IMG/VR virus record: IMGVR_UViG_3300010399_000032
Direction: 5' to 3' (one strand)
Length of the DNA stretch: 64,000 nucleotides
Source of the DNA: a virus
Under the pieces are notes generated by a model, which was not told the origin of the DNA, did not search any database, and saw only the letters and a list, made by a program, of their open reading frames with translations. A program made the translations under genes and the position numbers. How positions within the stretch are numbered: position 1 is the first letter of the stretch; each line of letters opens with the position of its first letter. Below are positions 30,819 through 40,108 of the stretch, piece by piece.

Positions 30819-31112
30819 TCAATGGACAATTTCTAAGGTAACTGGGCATCTTCCTATGGTTTTGCAATTAATTGCAGAGGCCGCGGCTGGGGTCAGATCG
30901 ATATCGTGACCCGGAACAAATGGACCTCTATCATTGATTCGGACAATGACGCTTTTATTACCGTGTTTGACTTTAACGAGAGTACCAAAAGGAAAAGTTC
31001 TGTGTGCGGCTGTCATGCCATTGGGATTAAAATGTTCACCATTTGCGGTAATTTTGCCATAATTATACCAAGTCGCGATTGCTGCAAATGAGGGAAAACA
31101 CATAGCAAACAT
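30819..31112 (-). CDS. RlpA-like (DPBB) lytic transglycosylase
   Basis: TANGEHF...TAAHRT.PFGT...VRINDRGPF...IDL. Confidence 0.9.
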   Translation of the reverse strand: MFAMCFPSFAAIATWYNYGKITANGEHFNPNGMTAAHRTFPFGTLVKVKHGNKSVIVRINDRGPFVPGHDIDLTPAAASAINCKTIGRCPVTLEIVH

Positions 31113-31166
31113 AAAAATAATTGCTAGTAAAAGTTTTATTTGTTCGACTCCTAACTGTTAACAACG

Positions 31167-31673
31167 TTAACTATTTAGGAGAGAATAAACCTCACTTTCC
31201 CGAGCATGGGCTTCAACTTCCCATGGCCAACTAAAGTAATCGTCATTATTATCGGTATCAATGCGCTTTCCGAGCCAGGCCGAGGCATGACCGGAAGCAT
31301 AATCCTTTAACTCACCCTTGGCAAATTGCTTAACATGGATCATTTCATGGGCCAAGGTTAGAAGCATACGCTTCTTAGACTTATTCCATGTGACATTAAT
31401 TTGGAATTCTCTCGGGCGATGATTGGAGTCCAACCATGTCATGTCGCCATGGAAGTGCTTATCGTCCTGTACAAACTTGATGAAAAGGGTAATCTTGTTG
31501 GTCAGACGAGGACCAGCAAGATAATTGAGGTAGGTCTGGCAAGCTTCCTGGATTTGACGCTTGGTCAATCCGCGGTGCTTACCAGTAATGTGAACCTTTA
31601 ATTGGTTAATTTCTGCGGGTTGGTTCATCTGGTAAATGAAGCGCGACAGAATATCAAAGGTAGTTATTTGCAT
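31167..31673 (-). CDS. HExxH metallopeptidase-like protein
   Basis: TLAHEMIHVKQ...PWEVEA. Confidence 0.75.
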   Translation of the reverse strand: MQITTFDILSRFIYQMNQPAEINQLKVHITGKHRGLTKRQIQEACQTYLNYLAGPRLTNKITLFIKFVQDDKHFHGDMTWLDSNHRPREFQINVTWNKSKKRMLLTLAHEMIHVKQFAKGELKDYASGHASAWLGKRIDTDNNDDYFSWPWEVEAHARESEVYSLLNS

Positions 31674-31719
31674 ACCTCCAATATAAGCATCATTTCACAG
31701 ATTTCAAGGGCGGAGGCGT

Positions 31720-31750
31720 AAAAAAAGGTGTGACAATTAAGCCACACCTT
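31720..31750 (-). terminator. Rho-independent terminator
   Basis: AAGGTGTG/CACACCTT hairpin plus T-run on the minus strand. Confidence 0.6.
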
Positions 31751-31776
31751 CAATTCCTAGCGCTTTTCCTTTGTTA

Positions 31777-32295
31777 TTAGGCAGCAGGAGCGGCGGTTGG
31801 GTCAGTAGGTGCAGGAGCAGGTGCTGGATCTGGTGCAGGAGTTGCGGCTACGGCGGCAGTGGTGTTAGCTACAACGGTAGCAACATTAGCCTGGGTAGAA
31901 CCAACAGTAGCCTGGAGTTCTGCAACCACGTTAGCAATATCTTGTGTCGTGGCCACAATCAAGGCTGGGTCAATCTTTTCAGCGGTCAATGCAGCAAGTT
32001 GAGAAGTCAAGGTAGTAACCTGTCCTTCCAAGGTGTTTACATTGGCTTCAACTGAGGCAAGATTGCCTGCAACTTCACCGGCAACAGTTTGCAAAGATGC
32101 AACCTGTGCTGTAAGTGCGTCGAATTCTTGTGACATATCTTCCAATCTCTCTTTCTGGTAAATGAAATTTAGTTTCTGGCGGGTGAGTAAGGTTTCTAAA
32201 AGTTCGGCAAGTTCATCAAATGGATCACGTTCACGCCCCATATTACGAAACCAACTCTTTAATTTTAACATTGTATGATTTCCCTTGCTTTTCAT
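31777..32295 (-). CDS. Coiled-coil Ala/Thr-rich protein with Pro-Ala tail (late gene; start uncertain)
   Basis: Heptad pattern; TATAAATA at 32299-32306. Confidence 0.55.
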   Translation of the reverse strand: MKSKGNHTMLKLKSWFRNMGRERDPFDELAELLETLLTRQKLNFIYQKERLEDMSQEFDALTAQVASLQTVAGEVAGNLASVEANVNTLEGQVTTLTSQLAALTAEKIDPALIVATTQDIANVVAELQATVGSTQANVATVVANTTAAVAATPAPDPAPAPAPTDPTAAPAA

Positions 32296-32347
32296 ACCTA
32301 TTTATACTCACCCGCTTTTAAGGGAGTTGAATCTTGCGTGAATTTAA

Positions 32348-32764
32348 TCAAAACCCAACGCGGGCATTAAATCCTGGAGTATGAACCCCTGCATAAAATC
32401 CGGGTAAGAAGGTTGGTTGTTCATAAACATAATCATAACCCGGAGAAGCATTTAGCTGCCCTCGTATAACCAGGGTCTTACCATCTTTGGAAGCCGCGGA
32501 TAAATGATCATATACATTATTAAATTCGGAATTTGTCATTCCTACAGAAATTGCCATAGTATTTCGATTCGGATTATAACATCCTAGGATTTCATGACCA
32601 TTTCTATAGGGAATGGTGTTTAGATCGCATAATTTAGGTAATTGATCGGGTTGCCCTCTAACAATTTGGACGGCGGTATGAGATTCAATAAGAGGGGCTG
32701 CCATGGCAGGGACAGCGGAAAGTGAAAGAATCGTTGCAAGTGCAATAAGTGAATTTTTAATCAT
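32348..32764 (-). CDS. Secreted hypothetical protein
   Basis: Signal peptide ending in AMA. Confidence 0.55.
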   Translation of the reverse strand: MIKNSLIALATILSLSAVPAMAAPLIESHTAVQIVRGQPDQLPKLCDLNTIPYRNGHEILGCYNPNRNTMAISVGMTNSEFNNVYDHLSAASKDGKTLVIRGQLNASPGYDYVYEQPTFLPGFYAGVHTPGFNARVGF

Positions 32765-32786
32765 AGTACATTACCTTTCATATTAA

Positions 32787-32863
32787 TGGTACCTCTTGTT
32801 GGGCTCGAACCAACAATTCCTTCCTTATGAGGGAAGTGAGGAGACCTGCTCCTCCCAAGAGGC
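32787..32863 (-). tRNA. tRNA-Met/Ile2(CAT)
   Basis: Cloverleaf, loop CT-CAT-AA, 5-bp D-stem, CCA. Confidence 0.8.
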
Positions 32864-33392
32864 ACTTGATCCGGAGGTTTTGCCCACCTTATTAAGGTAA
32901 TGTAGATTAGTTTAATTGGTTGCATTAATTTTTCGATATAATGCATGTTGAATTCGTGAAATTTCTATTGCTACAGCGTTACCACTAAAACTATGTGCGA
33001 AAATAGAATATCCGCCGTCGAACAATGCACCGGCCACTATAGGTTTGATTTGTAAAAGTTTAAGGATACGACTAACGTTTTTCATTCAACAAAATTGAAT
33101 CTATAGCAACCAGGATATTCCAGGAAATCACATCAATTGTCCGGACATACTTGGTTTCAAATATGGTTGCAACCTTATCTGTACAAACATTCACCTGTTC
33201 ACCCGGTATCAATGCCCTTAGTTTGTGTGTAATTCTTGCCATAGATATTATGATACTCTCGCATTTCACGAATTAAAAGCAATACAATACCTTCAATTAT
33301 TGTACCGGAACCTCTCGGCCAGAGATTCTGAATCGGAAACAATTCAGAATTTTCATAATGAATAACAATCCTCATCAATTGCGAAGAAACGC

Positions 33393-34067
33393 CTACCAAA
33401 CCTTTTCCATGTGACCGTTCAGGAATTCTTTCACTCGACATGTTTTACCTGTTATATGATTAGTTACACGGTCATTTTGAAATTGGATGGTAATAATTTT
33501 GTCTCCCCGTTCACCTGAACCCAATTTGTCCTTTTTATCTTTTGCACGTATTTCAGAAACATTTCTTTCCTCCTGGCGTGCGATTCTGGCCGCCAGCGCA
33601 ATTCGTGCATCACGTTCATTATTGGCCCGGCTACGAGATTGACGCGATTCTGACATTCCTGTGACTGGATCTGTAACCCGGACAGAATTCTGGGATTTAT
33701 TCCTATGTTGCCCACCTGCTCCGGTACCGGAGAAGAAAACACATTCAAAGCGAGAGGATATGTTTTCAATTGGGAGAAAGGATGGACTCGCTTCATTTAA
33801 ACATGCAACCGTTACGGTGGAGGTATGGACCCGACCTTTGCGCTCAGTTGGTGGCACTCGCTGAATTCGGATACCACCATTTTGGTTATCAAGGAGCGAT
33901 AAATCTTTTCCATCAAAAGATAATATTACACCTCTCCCCGCAGGGAGTCAAGTGATTTCCCAACCCTGGAGAAAAGCCAATTTCTCATAGGCTTTTGCTA
34001 GGTCAGTTACGAATAATTCCGAATCTTTACCACCTTCAGCCGGCAGGATGTGTACTGTACGTTTCAT
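33393..34067 (-). CDS. RF1-like peptide chain release factor lacking domain 1, with in-frame TGA at codon 40
   Basis: ILPAEGG...(TGA at 33948-33950)...GGIRIQRVPPTERKGRVHTS, GAGGQHRNK. Confidence 0.85.
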
Positions 34068-34603
34068 ATATCACCTATTCTAAATGTAAGTTGATCCCGA
34101 ATATCTCCAATTAGCAAACGTTGCCTTACCATATAAGCGCTTTGACCTGGTGGTTTCTCCGACCCATTATAATAACTTCCAAAAAATATGTTCCGTAGGG
34201 AATCAACATCCTTAGCCGGTTTTGTTATTTTGGTTCTAACGCTTGTCGGTTTGTGCATCTGCTTTTATTTTAATGGCCCATTGTACCAAACCTGTATCAT
34301 ATTTCATGTTAATTAAACTGGCAAGGGTATAATAGATCATATATTGTTTGGCATCTACTATAGTTTTAGTTCGCTTAAGACCATTTGTTATTTCAAAATG
34401 AACAGATTGCATAATTCTATAGCCCTTGTCTGGGGTTATCAGGTTCCAAACTGCGGGAGGGCTCTCCGAATGCTTGACTACGGGCATCGGCCTTATAGAA
34501 GCGTGATTCCGATGCTTCTACCCACCGTGGCCAAATCTTTAGCGAGGCGGCCCACCTCGGATAACTTATATCCATAATGTTAGTAACCTCGCTTTATAAA
34601 AGA

Positions 34604-34697
34604 TGGTGCGCCGACCTGGGCTCGAACCAGGGATGCTCTCCAATCGGGAGACTATGCCGATTATAAGTCGGGTGTTTTACCACTAAACTATCAGCGC
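34604..34697 (-). tRNA. tRNA-Ile(TAT) with long variable arm
   Basis: Loop CT-TAT-AA, 24-nt variable hairpin, A73, CCA. Confidence 0.82.
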
Positions 34698-34698
34698 G

Positions 34699-34789
34699 TA
34701 ACGGGTATGGGATTCGAACCCATGACCTTCTTTCTCAGAAGGGTACCGGCTTATGAGACCGGTGAGGTAGACCACTCCTCAAACCCGCA
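34699..34789 (-). tRNA. Initiator-like tRNA-Met(CAT) with long variable arm
   Basis: 1:72 mismatch, loop CT-CAT-AA, 22-nt variable hairpin; CCA not encoded. Confidence 0.75.
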
Positions 34790-34816
34790 ACTATGACTGG
34801 ATTTCTCCAGAATTTA

Positions 34817-34892
34817 TGGTGCGCGAGGTGGGGGTTGAACCCACGCTACTTAGTTCCTAAGACTAATGACTCTACCATTGGTCTACTCGCGC
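34817..34892 (-). tRNA. tRNA-Leu(TAG), short variable loop
   Basis: Cloverleaf, CCA. Confidence 0.88.
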
Positions 34893-34896
34893 AAAC

Positions 34897-34971
34897 TGGT
34901 ACCTCTCAGGGGGATCGAACCCACTATGCACGGTTCCACAGACCGCGGTTCTACCATTGAACTAGAGAGGC
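34897..34971 (-). tRNA. tRNA-His(GTG), alphaproteobacterial type
   Basis: A73, no encoded G-1. Confidence 0.88.
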
Positions 34972-35147
34972 ATCTTTAATGTATCGTTTATGGATTTTAG
35001 TTCGAAGTGAACTTTTAAGGGCCATATCCAATTGACCTATGTCTATGTTCCAGGCCTCATAATCCCATTCGAGTTGATTTTCTACTTTATCAAGAAATCT
35101 ATTATAATAGAATCCCTTGGGATATAAAACTCTTGATACTTGTTTCA

Positions 35148-35222
35148 TGGTGCCGTATATCGGAATCGAACCGATGACCTATTCCTTACCAAGAAATTAC
35201 ACTGCCACTGTGTTAATACGGC
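35148..35222 (-). tRNA. tRNA-Thr(GGT)
   Basis: Cloverleaf, CCA. Confidence 0.88.
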
Positions 35223-35223
35223 A

Positions 35224-35532
35224 TTATCTCTTTGTGAATGTAAAGGTTGGCTCATAACTTTCATTATATGCCGGTTTATCATAAACCACTTTCCATCCGG
35301 CTGCCCGATACATGGGTTCAATATTTAGCCAACCTTTGTCGAAAACTTCATCCCTGGTCTTACCAGTAGCAGCCATCAAAGCTGCGATGGCGTCACATTG
35401 GTCAATTGTAGTGCTGCCATTGGAAAAATTCAATGCAATCAATTTATTCCAAGCCGCAATAACCTCGGGTGGTAATATTACACCCAGATAAGAACCGACT
35501 TCATCGGGGCTAATAGGCTTCACATTATCCAT
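35224..35532 (-). CDS. Conserved phage hypothetical protein
   Basis: WLNIEPMYRAAGWKVVYDKPAYNE motif. Confidence 0.65.
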   Translation of the reverse strand: MDNVKPISPDEVGSYLGVILPPEVIAAWNKLIALNFSNGSTTIDQCDAIAALMAATGKTRDEVFDKGWLNIEPMYRAAGWKVVYDKPAYNESYEPTFTFTKR

Positions 35533-35548
35533 AATTATGTCCTAAAAT

Positions 35549-35625
35549 TGGTGAACCCCGTGAGGTTCGAACTCACGTTGACACGGATTAAGAGTCCGTC
35601 GCTAAACCAACTCAGCTAGGGGTCC
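35549..35625 (-). tRNA. tRNA-Lys(CTT)
   Basis: Cloverleaf, CCA. Confidence 0.92.
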
Positions 35626-35629
35626 ATAT

Positions 35630-35707
35630 TGGCGCCGCAGACCGGGCTCAAACCGGCATTACACTGATTGAAAGTCAGTTTTCCTAGTTCAATTAGAAGA
35701 CTGCGGC
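35630..35707 (-). tRNA. tRNA-Glu(TTC)
   Basis: Cloverleaf, G73, CCA. Confidence 0.85.
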
Positions 35708-35990
35708 ATTAAACGTAACAAAACTCGAAACATAGTGTGGAACCAAAACCAGTCGGGACCAATTTTTTTCCTAATCCTTTGATGGTGACCGGTTTCTTAT
35801 TTCCATTTAATTGGATGTTTTGGCCGACCATAGACAAATATTCCGAATATTTCCTTTTTAAATCGAATGTCATCGGATCGAATCCGCCTAACCCAACATA
35901 AAAAGCTTTTTTCACTCTTTTTCCATTAAACTCTTGGTTACTTGAGTTACCAAGATAATCGGCGTTAATATTCCTCATGACAAATTTTCC

Positions 35991-36247
35991 TTACTGTGAC
36001 GAGACTTGAACTCATATCTCCGGCTTCCAATTGCAAATGCTATTGCCGGCGTTTTACCTCAAAATATCCTCACTCATATTCCCATTCTAATGCATATAAC
36101 TTACTTTGGCAACCGAACCTGTCTAGCCCTTCCCTAGCTCACGGTTTTTATAGCTTTTGCAATTGTTATTCGATTGTGGTTTCTTCTATAGCAGTTAGAA
36201 TTTTCCGATAAGGTCTTGAATATTTCACATATTAGACTACACAGTAA
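35991..36247 (-). ncRNA. Expanded tRNA-like RNA with a large D-loop insertion
   Basis: TTACTGTG/CACAGTAA acceptor, TAGTCT...GGTAAAAC, CCGGC/GCCGG stem, T-arm TTCAAGT. Confidence 0.55.
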
Positions 36248-36249
36248 CT

Positions 36250-36325
36250 TGGATCCTCAAGGAGGCTTCGAACCTCCAACCTTCTCCTTCAGAGGGAGTT
36301 GCTCCGCCAGTTAAGCTATTGAGGA
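36250..36325 (-). tRNA. tRNA-Gln(CTG)
   Basis: Cloverleaf, U1-A72, CCA. Confidence 0.85.
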
Positions 36326-36332
36326 ATATTAA

Positions 36333-36414
36333 TGGTGATCTGGGCCGGACTCGAACCGACATACTCCACTTACGGTGTTAACGACGGCTTCGTAGACCGT
36401 GCCGATACCAGACC
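36333..36414 (-). tRNA. Non-canonical tRNA-Arg(ACG) with relocated D-stem
   Basis: Acceptor, ACGGT-CTACGAA-GCCGT, T-arm, ACCA; no D hairpin. Confidence 0.75.
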
Positions 36415-36675
36415 GAATTTTCACCCATGGAACCTGCCGGTTCCTCGAAACTCATTGTAATCCCAGCTATTGTGGTGCACCACTCAGGGATGACCGCTCT
36501 TTCTACAATTTTGTTTTTTGGGTCTGGGGTAACCCTTTCCCCTTCCGGGGGAAAATGAATAGGAGCACCAGTCACACATACCGAGTCATTGTTCTGGTGA
36601 ATAAAATCCAAGCGCTCGGTGAAGCTCTTAAAGGATTTCAGGCGAATATGTTACCATACCGTCAAACTCCTAACT

Positions 36676-36749
36676 TGGTGCCCCTAGAGGAAATCGAATC
36701 CTCTTTAGCCGGTTGAGAACCGGAGTTCCTACCAATAGAAGATAGGGGC
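36676..36749 (-). tRNA. tRNA-Glu(CTC)
   Basis: Cloverleaf, CCA. Confidence 0.87.
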
Positions 36750-36753
36750 AATC

Positions 36754-37095
36754 TTAGACGATTTTTACTTTAAACCCAAGCTTCTGAGAAATTTCATCCA
36801 CAGTAAGTTCAATGGCCTTGGCTTTACGAAATCGGCGGATATCAAAAGGAATATCATCAGATGATACCTTCCCAATTCTCACACCCTCAAGTCTCAAACC
36901 AACATAAAAACCGATGATTGGATCCTTATCTGGCCTTGGGCGAATTACAATCTCTCGAACCTTATAATGTTTGTTTGGCTTTAACTCCATACTAGAGATA
37001 GGTAGTAACTCGGATGGTTGCGTCTCAGCCAACTGGACAAAATTTCCAGGAAGCATCCAATCCTGAATGTTATAGTCACTCATAATAAACCTCAC
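36754..37095 (-). CDS. Hypothetical protein
   Basis: C-terminal ELTVDEI..KLGFKVKIV phage motif. Confidence 0.55.
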   Translation of the reverse strand: MRFIMSDYNIQDWMLPGNFVQLAETQPSELLPISSMELKPNKHYKVREIVIRPRPDKDPIIGFYVGLRLEGVRIGKVSSDDIPFDIRRFRKAKAIELTVDEISQKLGFKVKIV

Positions 37096-37478
37096 TTAAC
37101 TGAAATGTTCGGAATGACCGTCTCGGGGCGCCATACAACCGAATAGTGATATGGATCGGCCTGATCAGGTGCAATCTGTTCAATCATATATGTAACATTA
37201 TCGGATAAACCAAGGAAATCCTTGACATAGGTATTATCACCAGTTTTACAAGTAATTGTAACCTCTTTATCCTTATCGTTATTTCCTCGCGAACACAATC
37301 CAGTAATAACGAGCATGTCCTGCCCGGTGATGCCATTATAGAAAGTAATCTTGCGTTCAACCTTGAAATAATCCGCATCCGTAGAAATATTGGCCGATGC
37401 AACATCGGCTGACGAACTACAAGCGGCCAAACTTACAACCAAACCTAAGGCACCCAATGCCACTGTCAACTTATTCAT
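37092..37478 (-). CDS. Conserved phage lipoprotein
   Basis: Lipobox LAAC; ERKITFYNGIT...FLGLSDNVTY. Confidence 0.75.
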   Translation of the reverse strand: MNKLTVALGALGLVVSLAACSSSADVASANISTDADYFKVERKITFYNGITGQDMLVITGLCSRGNNDKDKEVTITCKTGDNTYVKDFLGLSDNVTYMIEQIAPDQADPYHYSVVWRPETVIPNISVK

Positions 37479-37494
37479 TATCTATCCTTGTTAA

Positions 37495-37572
37495 TGGTGA
37501 CCCATGGGGGATTCGAACCCCCGCACGACGGTTTTAGAGACCGCTGGTATAACCAACACTACCAGATGGGTC
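37495..37572 (-). tRNA. Amber-suppressor tRNA (anticodon CTA)
   Basis: Complete cloverleaf GACCCAT/ATGGGTC, GCGGT-CTCTAAA-ACCGT, A73, CCA. Confidence 0.88.
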
Positions 37573-38013
37573 TCCGTTTTCACGTATAGAGGAGGTTCCA
37601 GTGCATAGGCACCGAGGTGTCCTTCTCAAAAAGCTGCTCAAAATCCAAAGCGGTCTTGGGCACCTTCTTTTTCTTAATACCCTTGGACCATGTTGCCTTC
37701 ACTATCGTCCAACCCTGACGGTTGGCATATTGCTGGGCTTCCAGGAGGTTCATTCCCTCGGGGCACTTATAGACTTGCATTTTCATCCTTCATTTCATCG
37801 ATACAAGCTTCTACCATGGTTACATAATCGAATCGTTGATTTGGTAACCTATCAACCATTTCCAAAATCCAGACATTAGCTGGTGAAAATGGTCCGGGAA
37901 TTTCTGAATTAAGCACAGAAATTCCCTTAATTATTGCGCGATAATCTCCCGGTGTATTCGGACCTAATCGCCGAACAGTTACAGGTTGATCTTTCACAAA
38001 TCGCATATCGTCC

Positions 38014-38673
38014 TCAATGGGTTAATAATTCGTAATGAAGGAACTCATCACGTTTATTCCATAGTATAGGATGAAATGCGAGCCCTGTCAACCTATTTTC
38101 CAGATCGGATTCCCTAAAGGTAACAAAGGGTTGCCCTGGATGGTTCTGAGAGACCTCGATTAATTCCTTTTCATCCTTGACACCGATCCATTGGAAATAG
38201 GTATGGTGCGGATCAACTCTCATATCTTTCAGGTAATGACCGAGAACAAATGCAACATGTGCGCCTTGCACTCCTTGCTGTTCCGTGGTCAAACCTTCTT
38301 GAGTCGTGAAATAATACACATACTTGCGCCCTAACTTATCCACCCTCAGATGGCGAGCATAGGACATAAATTCTTGCTGTTCTTTCTCATCTAAAATGGT
38401 CTCCACGGGGAGATTCAGAATGTGAGTCAGCTTAAACCATTTCGAATTGGCTCGCTTCACAAATTGTTCTATGGAGGGATATTTAGAACCACCGCGTAGG
38501 TTGGGTGTGAAATTTTTCTGGAGAATGGAGGCGACTATATCCTCACCTGGCACATTCCTCAGATTTTTGGCACTCATTGCGATCAGAATTGCGCGCTCAA
38601 TAAAGTGCCAAGCCGTAAGTTGTTTATTGTTTGCCAGTAACTTCCACTGGGTCTTGAATAGGTCTTTGTTCAT
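38014..38673 (-). CDS. Protein with C-terminal peptidyl-tRNA hydrolase PTH2-like domain
   Basis: QQGVQGAHVA...V.DE.EL...FRESDLENRLTGLAF. Confidence 0.6.
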   Translation of the reverse strand: MNKDLFKTQWKLLANNKQLTAWHFIERAILIAMSAKNLRNVPGEDIVASILQKNFTPNLRGGSKYPSIEQFVKRANSKWFKLTHILNLPVETILDEKEQQEFMSYARHLRVDKLGRKYVYYFTTQEGLTTEQQGVQGAHVAFVLGHYLKDMRVDPHHTYFQWIGVKDEKELIEVSQNHPGQPFVTFRESDLENRLTGLAFHPILWNKRDEFLHYELLTH

Positions 38674-38930
38674 TTTTAAGTCCTTAATGTTTCATAGTTT
38701 GTTGTTAGTTCTCATAATATAGACTAACATTAAGGTGGTTTAAAAATTCTCTAACGTGGATCGACCATATTGTCCTCTTTGATGATATCTTTCTTTTTCA
38801 AACCGGCTCCCCAACCAACTCGCATGGCTTTTTGGAAACCAATCTTAAATGGTTCCCAGGTTGAATTGAGGGACCGGCGAATACGCCGGCGAGTATAGTC
38901 CGAATAATCTTTCTTACTCATTTAAAATCC

Positions 38931-39006
38931 TGGAGGTCTAGCCCAGAATTGAACTGGGTTATACGGGTTTGCAATCCGCTACGTAAATCCGTTCCGCCAC
39001 TAGACC
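38931..39006 (-). tRNA. tRNA-Cys(GCA)
   Basis: Cloverleaf, U73, CCA. Confidence 0.9.
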
Positions 39007-39011
39007 AATTT

Positions 39012-39085
39012 TGGTAGCCAGCGAGGGAGTCAAACCCACGTAACTAGTGTGTAAAACTAGCGTTCTTTCGTTGAACTAGCCGGCC
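39012..39085 (-). tRNA. tRNA-Val(TAC)
   Basis: Loop TT-TAC-AC, CCA; divergent D/T loops. Confidence 0.78.
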
Positions 39086-39555
39086 ATAATGGCTTTATAA
39101 TGTTTATGCACAATGGTATCAGATACACCTAATGCCCTGGCCATCGCACGATAAGTTCCATATATTTGTTTTAATTCAAGTAAATCTATTGATGACCAAT
39201 CTAATTTTGTAGCCGAAGGTAATTCATATTCGTGTAAATATTGATCGGCAATCGATTGATCAAAACTGGATGTATATATAACATTAAATATATGTGCTTC
39301 TCTATGACAATTTGCACATAATAGAGTACATTTTTTTAGTTCTTCAATTTGCCTAGGTAATGAAGCGTTTTTGAATTCTAATTCCTTAGTATTCATATCC
39401 AAATGATGAAATTCGAGCGCTGCGTTACATTTGTTATAACCACAATTTTGACATTTATTTCCCATAATATGGAGTAATCTAAGTTTAACCTTCCTTCTCC
39501 ATTCAGTCATCTTTTTTGATCTTGGTTTAACTTGTGACATATGTCTATACCTCAA
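39076..39555 (-). mobile_element. HNH homing endonuclease with C-terminal HTH
   Basis: CQNCGY...LEFHH...LLCANCHREAH. Confidence 0.85.
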
Positions 39556-39897
39556 ACATTATATCACTATTTAGTTAACTTTGATCACCTGGCTCAGGGG
39601 GCAAACTTTAATCCTGTTGCTCTAACTTTTCCTTGACTTTCTTGGATATCTTAGCAAGTTTTTGTGGGTTAGTCAACTTCTTATCTTTTAAAACATTATC
39701 AATTTCATGAAAAGATCCACGGTACCAATAAAGCCCTGATTCCATTGCATTTGCATGGATCTGAATCCGTTCAATAACCGCAGCAAGCCCAGAATAATCG
39801 CGGGTTTCATGCATTTTCCTGAGTGTTTCCAACTCAGTACAGATATAATCATCAGTCAAAATACGATATTGTTTGGACATTACGATAACCTTAAATT

Positions 39898-39972
39898 TGG
39901 TAGGGCCCGGCAGACTCGAACTGCCGTATTGCGGATAACGTTATCTTCCGCCTAAGCTTCCTTGCTTGCCCC
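39898..39972 (-). ncRNA. Degenerate tRNA-like element
   Basis: T-arm and ACCA intact; 11-nt anticodon loop; weak acceptor and D arms. Confidence 0.4.
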
Positions 39973-39976
39973 ATAA

Positions 39977-40059
39977 TGGAGGACACGGTGGGACTCGAAC
40001 CCACGGTGTTGTATAGCGGATTAAAAGTCCGCGCCGTTCGCCACTACGGTAACGTGTCC
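39977..40059 (-). tRNA. tRNA-Lys(TTT), 11-nt variable region
   Basis: Cloverleaf, CCA. Confidence 0.85.
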
Positions 40060-40108
40060 ATTCTGCATGGCTGGCTACCTCTATGAACTATAAGCTATAC
40101 AACATCAA

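Noticed and set aside
33930-33950. Selenocysteine insertion at the release-factor UGA
   Set aside because: The position is not a catalytic Cys site, the hairpin is short for a bacterial SECIS, and no tRNA-Sec is visible.
39012-39600. HNH gene as part of a tRNA group I intron
   Set aside because: tRNA-Val is complete and contiguous; the HNH ORF only overlaps its 5' end.
39898-39972. tmRNA acceptor piece
   Set aside because: It has a GGGGC start, a T-arm and ACCA, but no G3:U70 pair and no tag reading frame could be identified.
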